Assembly: GCA_965662235.1 (NCBI GenBank)
Contig: CBFIGY010000050.1
Coordinates: 1 to 13,405, forward strand
Length of the DNA: 13,405 nucleotides
DNA from: an uncultured bacterium
Lineage (GTDB): Bacteria; SAR324; NAC60-12
Direction of reading: 5' to 3'
Below, piece by piece: positions 8,033 through 13,405 of this stretch (position 1 is the first letter of the stretch; the number at the start of each line of letters is the position of its first letter). A program made the translations under genes and the position numbers. A model generated the notes under the pieces. The model searched no databases, had not been told where the DNA came from, and was given only the letters and a program-made list of their open reading frames with translations.

Positions 8033-8413
8033 ATGTTTTGGAAAAACGGCCTTGCCTTCATCATGCTCCTGACCCTCCTCGGAAGCTGTAGTGCTCCGGT
8101 GTGGCTGGAGCCCCGACCCTTCACCAGTCGTCTGGGAGAAGGGGATCGGTACCTAGGATGGAGTTTGAATTATTTTGACAGCTGGCGGGTCAATCGACAA
8201 CCCCGCTACTTGCGGTTGGCCGAGGAGAACACGGTGGAGGCGATCCAGACGTTTGCGCGGCTGGAGACCGACACCTCGCCACGGATCAACGAGTACTACG
8301 TGGTGCGGGAACGCCGCATTCGCGGATGCCGGCTTCTGGCGGAACTGCAGTTTGAAGCCGACAGCTATGGAGTGCAACTGGGGCAATCAACCCCGGATGG
8401 GTGCTTTTACTGA
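8033..8413 (+). CDS. Putative lipoprotein of unknown function
   Basis: AGAGGA RBS at 8021-8026 and ATG 8033. MFWKNGLAFIMLLTLLGS-C is a signal peptide with a lipobox. The ORF fills the gap between the flanking genes. Confidence 0.75.
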   Translation: MFWKNGLAFIMLLTLLGSCSAPVWLEPRPFTSRLGEGDRYLGWSLNYFDSWRVNRQPRYLRLAEENTVEAIQTFARLETDTSPRINEYYVVRERRIRGCRLLAELQFEADSYGVQLGQSTPDGCFY

Positions 8414-8419
8414 CGTTCC

Positions 8420-10018
8420 TTAAACCCGCTCAGCCCGGAGCTTGAGGTTCTCCTCATAGTACTGCCGGGTGGCTTCCAAATCCCCTCGCTGGTGCGAAAG
8501 CGTCCCAAGTCGGTCCAGCAACCGGCTTTCTCCCGGACGGTCCTGCAGCAGCTTCTTCAGTTCCCGGTGCTGCTTCAGCAGGGCAATCAGCTCCTCTTCG
8601 GCCCCCAGGGCTTCCAGCACGGACGTCAGCCGCTCATAAATCCCGTCGGCTTCCCGCCACTGCTTCTGTCCTTCATACACCTCCAGCAATTCCCGGAGGA
8701 TGGGCTGCACCTCTTTGTACGCCTGCTTCTTCTCCAGTGAGGCCGCAAGGTCTTCCATCAGCTTCAGAGACTCCGCCTGATTCGAGGACTCTCCTCCGGA
8801 ACGGATTTCCCCAATTGAGGCCTGTGCCTGCTGCGTGTCGCCCTGCATGAGGCTGATCTGGGTCTGCAGCTCAAGGGCTTCTGAAGACGGCTGGGCTCGG
8901 AGGCGTTTCAGCAGAGAACGGTAGCTTTCTAGGTTGATGCGGGCCTCATCCAACTGCTGGGCCTGAAATGCTCGCTTGGCCGACCGGAGCAGGGATTCAG
9001 CGTCCTCCAGGCGCTCTTCGCGACTCCGGGACTTGGGGGTGCTGCTCCTAGGCTCAGGGACCGAGGGGCCTGCAGGCATGGGAGGCGTGGTCTCTGGCAA
9101 CCGGCTGGGCTCTTCGGCAGGAAGCGTGAAGCGGGCGTCGGCAAAGAGGTCATCGTCGTCCTCATCCCCAAACAGGTCATCTTCTGAAAGCTCCACCAGT
9201 TCTGGAACCACCGGAGGCTCCGCTGGGGGTTCCGGTTCTGCGGCAGGAGCCGGCGGTTCCGGGGGCCGTTCTGCGGCAGGTCGGGTGGCGGCTGCGGCTG
9301 CGGTCACAGTGGCCAGGGGTTTGGTCGGAGGCTCCGTCGGAGGCAGGGGTTCCGGAGTGGCCTCTGGTTCCGGCGTCGCCTGAGGCGCCGGGGCGGCTGC
9401 CTGAGGTTTGGGTTCCGGAGCGGGTGGTTCCGGTTTCACTTTAGGCTTCGGAGGAGCAGGAGGCGGAGGGGCCACGACCTGTGGTTCGGGCTCGGGCTCA
9501 GGTTCCGCGTTGCTCAGCATGTCGTCAAACGGAGAAGCCGGTTCCGGCTCCGGAGCGGCTGCTTTGGACTGCAGGGCTGCCCCCAGCGGGTCATCGTCTC
9601 CAAGGGGCTCGGCAGGCACCTCATTCAGTGGCTTCGCCTGCGGTGGCGGAGACGTCTGACGCTCCTTAGACGGGGGCAGTTTGTGTTGGCTGCGGAAGCG
9701 CTCAAAGATGTTGTCAGCGGTTGCCGCGGCACCTCCCGTAGCGCCTGCAGCCGCTGTGGCTTCAGCAGGCACCAGCGTGGTGGCGTTCCGGAGGATGAGG
9801 GCGAAGCCGCCCACCGTGACCGTTAGGCCCAGCAAAAGGAGGCCGATCTCCCAGTTGTAGAGTCCCACAAACACGAAGATCCCAGCGAAGGCCGACAGGC
9901 CCAAGAGGCGGTTGATCCACTTGTTGGGCGCCTGAGGCGTGGGGGACTTTTGAGACGCGGCAGGCTTAGAGGCCGCCGGCTTTGCTGCTTTCTTTGGAGT
10001 CTTTTTAGTCGTAGCCAA
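8420..10018 (-). CDS. Membrane-anchored Pro/Glu-rich protein with C-terminal TPR-like helices
   Basis: Lys/Ala/Pro-rich N-terminus, two hydrophobic segments (LLGLSAFAGIFVFVGLY; IGLLLLGLTVTVGGFALIL), a long PEP/PPA-rich linker, an acidic EDDLFGDEDDDDLF patch and a TPR-like end (RLLDRLGTLSHQRGDLEATRQYYEENL). The TTG start overlaps the 3' end of era. Confidence 0.8.
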   Translation of the reverse strand: MATTKKTPKKAAKPAASKPAASQKSPTPQAPNKWINRLLGLSAFAGIFVFVGLYNWEIGLLLLGLTVTVGGFALILRNATTLVPAEATAAAGATGGAAATADNIFERFRSQHKLPPSKERQTSPPPQAKPLNEVPAEPLGDDDPLGAALQSKAAAPEPEPASPFDDMLSNAEPEPEPEPQVVAPPPPAPPKPKVKPEPPAPEPKPQAAAPAPQATPEPEATPEPLPPTEPPTKPLATVTAAAAATRPAAERPPEPPAPAAEPEPPAEPPVVPELVELSEDDLFGDEDDDDLFADARFTLPAEEPSRLPETTPPMPAGPSVPEPRSSTPKSRSREERLEDAESLLRSAKRAFQAQQLDEARINLESYRSLLKRLRAQPSSEALELQTQISLMQGDTQQAQASIGEIRSGGESSNQAESLKLMEDLAASLEKKQAYKEVQPILRELLEVYEGQKQWREADGIYERLTSVLEALGAEEELIALLKQHRELKKLLQDRPGESRLLDRLGTLSHQRGDLEATRQYYEENLKLRAERV

Positions 10019-10919
10019 GGTCTTTCAGGTAGAGAGCGTTGTTCGTCCACTGCTTCAACACTTTCACATGCAGTGCCAAAAAAACCTTCACTCCCAACAA
10101 ACGCTCAATTTTCTTCCGGGCATCGGTGCCCACGGCCTTCAGCATGGCGCCCTTGTGCCCAATGACGATTCCCTTCTGCGAGTCCCGTTCGACACAAATG
10201 ACGCAGTGGATGCTGACCTGCTTGGGGGTCTCGTCAAACTGCTCCACCTGCACCGCAATCGAGTACGGCAGCTCCTGTTCCAGGCGTCGGAAGAGGGCCT
10301 CTCGGACAAATTCTGCAGCAAGGAAACGCTCACTGGCGTCGGTGATCTGGTCGCTTTCAAAGTAAAACGGAGACTCCGGAAGGTGCTTCTTCACAATGGG
10401 GGGCAGCGGCTCTAGGTTGTCGCCCCGGAGCGCTGAAATGGGAACCACCTCTAGGAAGGGCTCGCTCTGAAAGTGGGCAATCGTCTTGAGCACCTGCTCC
10501 TGGTTGGCTTGGTCGATCTTGTTCAGCACCAGCACCGTCCGGTCCAGCTGCGGTCGGAGCAGCTCCAGCACCTTGAGGTCTTCAGGACGGGGCTGCTCCT
10601 TGCCTGGTGCAAACGGGGTGGTGAGCCAGAGGTTGAGGTCATGTTCACGCAGCGCGTCCACGGCATACTGGTTCATCCGTTGGTTGAGGGCCTTGGACCC
10701 TTCATGGATGCCGGGCGTGTCCACATAGATCGTTTGCGTGTCGCCTTCGGTGCAGATGCCAATCAGGCGGTTCCGGGTGGTCTGTGGCTTGTGGGCCGTA
10801 ATGGAAAGGGGACGTCCTGTGAGCCGGTTCAGGAGGGTGGACTTGCCCACGTTCGGGCGCCCAATCAGGCCGACAAATCCACAATAGGTGACCGGTTCAG
10901 CAGGAGGCAGCGTGTTCAT
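10005..10919 (-). CDS. era: GTPase Era (30S maturation)
   Basis: GFVGLIGRPNVGKSTLLN, KPQTTRNR, DTPG, NKID, ISAL, ELPYS, the KH-domain ERDSQKGIVIGHKGAMLK and VFLALHVKV. Confidence 0.98.
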   Translation of the reverse strand: MNTLPPAEPVTYCGFVGLIGRPNVGKSTLLNRLTGRPLSITAHKPQTTRNRLIGICTEGDTQTIYVDTPGIHEGSKALNQRMNQYAVDALREHDLNLWLTTPFAPGKEQPRPEDLKVLELLRPQLDRTVLVLNKIDQANQEQVLKTIAHFQSEPFLEVVPISALRGDNLEPLPPIVKKHLPESPFYFESDQITDASERFLAAEFVREALFRRLEQELPYSIAVQVEQFDETPKQVSIHCVICVERDSQKGIVIGHKGAMLKAVGTDARKKIERLLGVKVFLALHVKVLKQWTNNALYLKDLGYD

Positions 10920-11078
10920 GAAGAGATTGCATTGAGGTTGGAGGGGGGCTTGCTTATGCTGTCAAGCATCCCAAAGTATGGGGGCTGAGCGAGGGGTTTG
11001 CAAGGCAACGCTTGATCCCCCTCTGGAGCCTGCTCCCTGGGACCTCCCGCCGAGCCGTTTTTTTGTGAAGGGCTCGCC

Positions 11079-12488
11079 ATGTCGGCATCGACCTTTCCCC
11101 ATGAAGACTTTCTGCAGCTGATTTGGAGTCAGCAGGCCTTTGCACGTGATGCGCTGGTGACCCTGGAGGGGGAGCCGGTGACCGTGGACTTCCCCGGGTG
11201 GCGGAACCAGGGGGAGGGGCCGGACTTCAAGGAAGCACGCCTGACGCTGGGCTCCGGAGACACCAGCCGCCGCTGTCTGGGTGCCGTGGAGGTGCACTGG
11301 CGCAGCTCCGGATGGACCGCCCACCGGCATCATGAAAACCCAGCCTACAACGCGGTGGTCCTGCACGTGATCCTGTACGGGGACCCCCGGCGTCCAACCT
11401 ACCGAGAAGATGGTCAGTCGGTGCCGCAGCTGGAGCTGGCCCCTTACCTCAGTCATCAGCTGGAGGAGCTGCAGCAGCGCCTTCCGGAGTGGCGTGAACA
11501 GCTCCGTCAGCAGGACACCCTGCCGGGTCGATGCGGGGCCTCGCTGCGTCCCGGACAGGAGGCACACCTGCGCCGCGTGGTGGCCCATGCGGCGGAGCAG
11601 CGCTTGCTCGCCCGAGCCCGGCGGCTTCAGGAGCGGTGGACGGAAGAGGCGCCCGAGGAGCTGCTCTTTCAGCAACTCTTCAAGGCACTGGGACAAACCG
11701 CTCACGCGGCTCGTTTTGAGGAACTTGCCCTCCGGTACCCGCTCCGTTCGCTGGAAAAGGCGTTGGCGCAGCCCTGGCGGACCAGCCGTCCGCAGGTGCT
11801 GTCGGTGTGGTTCGGGGCCTGTGGACTTCTTGAGGGAACGCCTCCTGAGGGGGCGGATCCAACGCTGCGACGGGAGTTTCTGCACTGGAAGATGCTGTGG
11901 GAGGCGCATCCGAACCCGCAGCCCGTGCAGGCGCCCAGCCAGCGGTACCGGCCTCAGCATGCCCCGGAGCATCGGCTGCTGGCCCTCTTTCACCACCTCC
12001 AGCACACCCAGCGTACCGGCCTCCTCCGTGCCTGGCTCCAGGTGCTTTTGGACCTGAAGCCTTTTGCGGCCTCAGCAACCCTTCGGACAGAAGCTCTGGC
12101 CCGGACAGCGGCTCTGTGGACGGTTCCAGACTGGGAGCCCTGGAATCAACGTCGGGGGACCTCCGGACAGGCTGGGGGCCCGGTGGGGCGAGACCGGCAG
12201 GTGCTGCTGTGGGCCAATGCCCTGCTGCCGTTTTTTGTCGCGTATGCACGGGAGCGGAAGGAGGAGGAACTGGAGCGCTTGCTGTTTCGTCTGTTCCTGG
12301 CGCTGCCGGGAGAGGCGAGCAACCAGAAGCTCCGCTTCATGCAGCACCGGTTGCACCTCAGCCAGTTTCCCACCCTCAAGCTGGAGGGACTGGGGGAGCG
12401 TCAGGGACTGCTGGAGCTGCACAAGGACTTCTGCCACAACTTCCATGAAGGATGCCTCCAGTGTCGGCTTCCGGAGCTGCTGGACTGA
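11079..12488 (+). CDS. DUF2851-family protein
   Basis: EDFLQLIW, PGWRN..GPDF..A, GAVEVH..SGW.AHRHH.NPAYNAVVLHV, P.N/H.P..RL and C-terminal QGLLELHKDFC...CLQC match my recollection of the DUF2851 family pattern; no HMM search was run. Confidence 0.8.
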   Translation: MSASTFPHEDFLQLIWSQQAFARDALVTLEGEPVTVDFPGWRNQGEGPDFKEARLTLGSGDTSRRCLGAVEVHWRSSGWTAHRHHENPAYNAVVLHVILYGDPRRPTYREDGQSVPQLELAPYLSHQLEELQQRLPEWREQLRQQDTLPGRCGASLRPGQEAHLRRVVAHAAEQRLLARARRLQERWTEEAPEELLFQQLFKALGQTAHAARFEELALRYPLRSLEKALAQPWRTSRPQVLSVWFGACGLLEGTPPEGADPTLRREFLHWKMLWEAHPNPQPVQAPSQRYRPQHAPEHRLLALFHHLQHTQRTGLLRAWLQVLLDLKPFAASATLRTEALARTAALWTVPDWEPWNQRRGTSGQAGGPVGRDRQVLLWANALLPFFVAYARERKEEELERLLFRLFLALPGEASNQKLRFMQHRLHLSQFPTLKLEGLGERQGLLELHKDFCHNFHEGCLQCRLPELLD

Positions 12489-12514
12489 AGCCGTCAGGGC
12501 GCTTGACCCAAGGC

Positions 12515-12631
12515 TCAGGAGCAGCCCGGCGCTTCGGTTTGGCAGTCGGTGTAAAACTCGGTCCCTTTGTGACGGGAGCGGAAGATGATGAGGACACGGA
12601 TGATTTCTCGCGAAGAAAGTCGCTTAGGCAT
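12515..12631 (-). pseudogene. hicA: Truncated/degenerate HicA mRNA-interferase toxin
   Basis: ATG at 12631 overlaps the hicB end. It translates as MPKRLSSREIIRVLIIFRSRHKGTEFYTDCQTEAPGCS* (38 aa). The first 14 residues are a typical HicA N-terminal helix, but the GF..KGSH catalytic-His motif and the C-terminal half are missing. Confidence 0.65.
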
Positions 12632-12830
12632 GAAGTTCTCCAACCATCAGGCTGCCGATTGTCCGGAACTCCCTGAACCCGTTTTCATCTTCGCAGTAAA
12701 GCTCAACGGCTTCTTTCAGGTTGCTCAGTGCCTCCTCTACGGTGGTGCCAAAGCTGGCAACATTGACGTTCAGGCACTGAGAGACATAAAATTCGTCTTC
12801 CTGATAAATCACATACTTGAAGTGATGCAT
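12624..12830 (-). CDS. hicB: Short HicB-family antitoxin (no DNA-binding domain)
   Basis: VIYQEDEFYVSQCLNVNVASFGTTVEEALSNLKEAVELY is the HicB-like partial RNase H fold pattern (G.T.EEAL.NLKEA.ELY). AGGA RBS at 12837-12840; 68 aa. Confidence 0.88.
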   Translation of the reverse strand: MHHFKYVIYQEDEFYVSQCLNVNVASFGTTVEEALSNLKEAVELYCEDENGFREFRTIGSLMVGELHA

Positions 12831-12850
12831 CAATCGTCCTATTGGAAGGG

Positions 12851-13027
12851 TTAAACCCGAAACACCTTCATCACCTCATCCCCGAGGTGGTTGATCACCT
12901 TGACCGCAATGCGTTCTGAAGACGGTCGGCGAAACGGTCGGGACGTGTTCCTGCGCAGAGACGCCTAGGCCTCCTTGTCGATCTCTGCCTTCAGGCTGGC
13001 CTTGAAGGGATGATTGGGTCTGTAGGC
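12851..13027 (-). pseudogene. 3' remnant of a type III Mod-like site-specific DNA methyltransferase
   Basis: Translates as AYRPNHPFKASLKAEIDKEA*ASLRRNTSRPFRRPSSERIAVKVINHLGDEVMKVFRV*. This matches the C-terminus I recall for a widespread Mod-like MTase family (LKAEID.EAW.L..TSRPF.P.SG.IAVKVINHLGDEVMKVF). The in-frame TAG at 12965-12967 sits at the Trp position, and there is another in-frame stop at 13040-13042. Confidence 0.8.
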
Positions 13028-13167
13028 TGCCGTTCCGAGTTAACTACAGCCCCATAGGCCGAATCAAGCTTTTCGGGGTGGTCTCTCAATCAAAAGGATG
13101 GTCTGCCGGTAGGTCAGCTATAACACAAAATTCTGATATTATTTAGCTTTCTCACGATGAGAAAGGC

Positions 13168-13290
13168 GCTACCCTCCGCGCCTGCCGCTCTTCCCTCAAA
13201 AAACAGAACCAACCCATCTTCAATGCGCTTGAGAGCCTCTTCTTCGGCCAAGAACTCCTCTTCAAGTCCGCTCCTCTGCTGAACCGTTAC
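13168..13290 (+). mobile_element. Probable right-end remnant of an IS66-family (ISBst12-like) element
   Basis: The plus frame reads ATLRACRSSLKKQNQPIFNALESLFFGQELL, resembling the IS66 TnpC tail (R.Y.ST.RKQ...F.AL..LF.G). It is followed by GCTGAACCGTTAC (13278-13290), whose reverse complement begins GTAAC, the IS66-type terminus. Confidence 0.55.
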
Positions 13291-13405
13291 CACAAATGTT
13301 ATATTGTAACATGATGTATGGAATGAGGGGCTCATTTTCGACCGCAAAATCGCCCTCTCTTGAGGTTAAGTTACTGATTTTTCAGACCCCACCCCTGAGT
13401 GAGAC

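Noticed and set aside
9200..9560. Recurrent GGTTCCGG/GGCTC motifs resembling a repeat array or CRISPR
   Set aside because: They are codons for PEP/EPEP in the Pro-rich linker, with no constant repeat-spacer periodicity.
10962..12005. 347-aa minus-strand ORF
   Set aside because: Antisense shadow of the DUF2851 gene in GC-rich DNA, with no recognisable motifs.
12965..12967. In-frame TAG as possible pyrrolysine/readthrough or alternative genetic code
   Set aside because: TAG is used as a normal stop (iscS), the site corresponds to a Trp one transition away, and the gene is otherwise truncated.
13114..13347. 77-aa minus-strand ORF
   Set aside because: Its central part is the antisense of an IS66-like transposase tail, and there is no family signal.
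13375..13405. TTTTTCAGACCCCACCCCTGAGTGAGAC at the window edge resembling another IS terminus
   Set aside because: Too short and cut off by the window boundary to support.

Overview
GC-rich bacterial chromosome segment. The gene content and sequence style suggest a Deltaproteobacteria-like organism, possibly SAR324 (inference only). From left to right: mnmG (minus strand, runs off the left edge, absent from the ORF track); a divergent stand-alone IscS-type cysteine desulfurase; a four-gene pseudopilin cluster gspG-H-I-J (minus); the RNase P RNA gene rnpB (plus); a three-gene minus-strand operon of an ApaH/PrpE-like metallophosphoesterase, a MinD/FlhG-like ATPase and an HPD-less J-domain/RodZ-type HTH protein; a small lipoprotein; a two-TM Pro/acidic-rich TPR protein overlapping the end of era; era; and a DUF2851-family gene. 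The last ~900 bp are a lower-GC decayed accessory patch: an intact short hicB, a truncated hicA, the stop-interrupted 3' end of a Mod-like DNA methyltransferase and a probable IS66 right end. The best candidates for uncharacterised biology are the ATPase + J/HTH module (possibly with the HubP/FimV-like membrane protein) and the DUF2851 protein, which has a PD..ExH motif and a C-x6-C-x2-C cluster.
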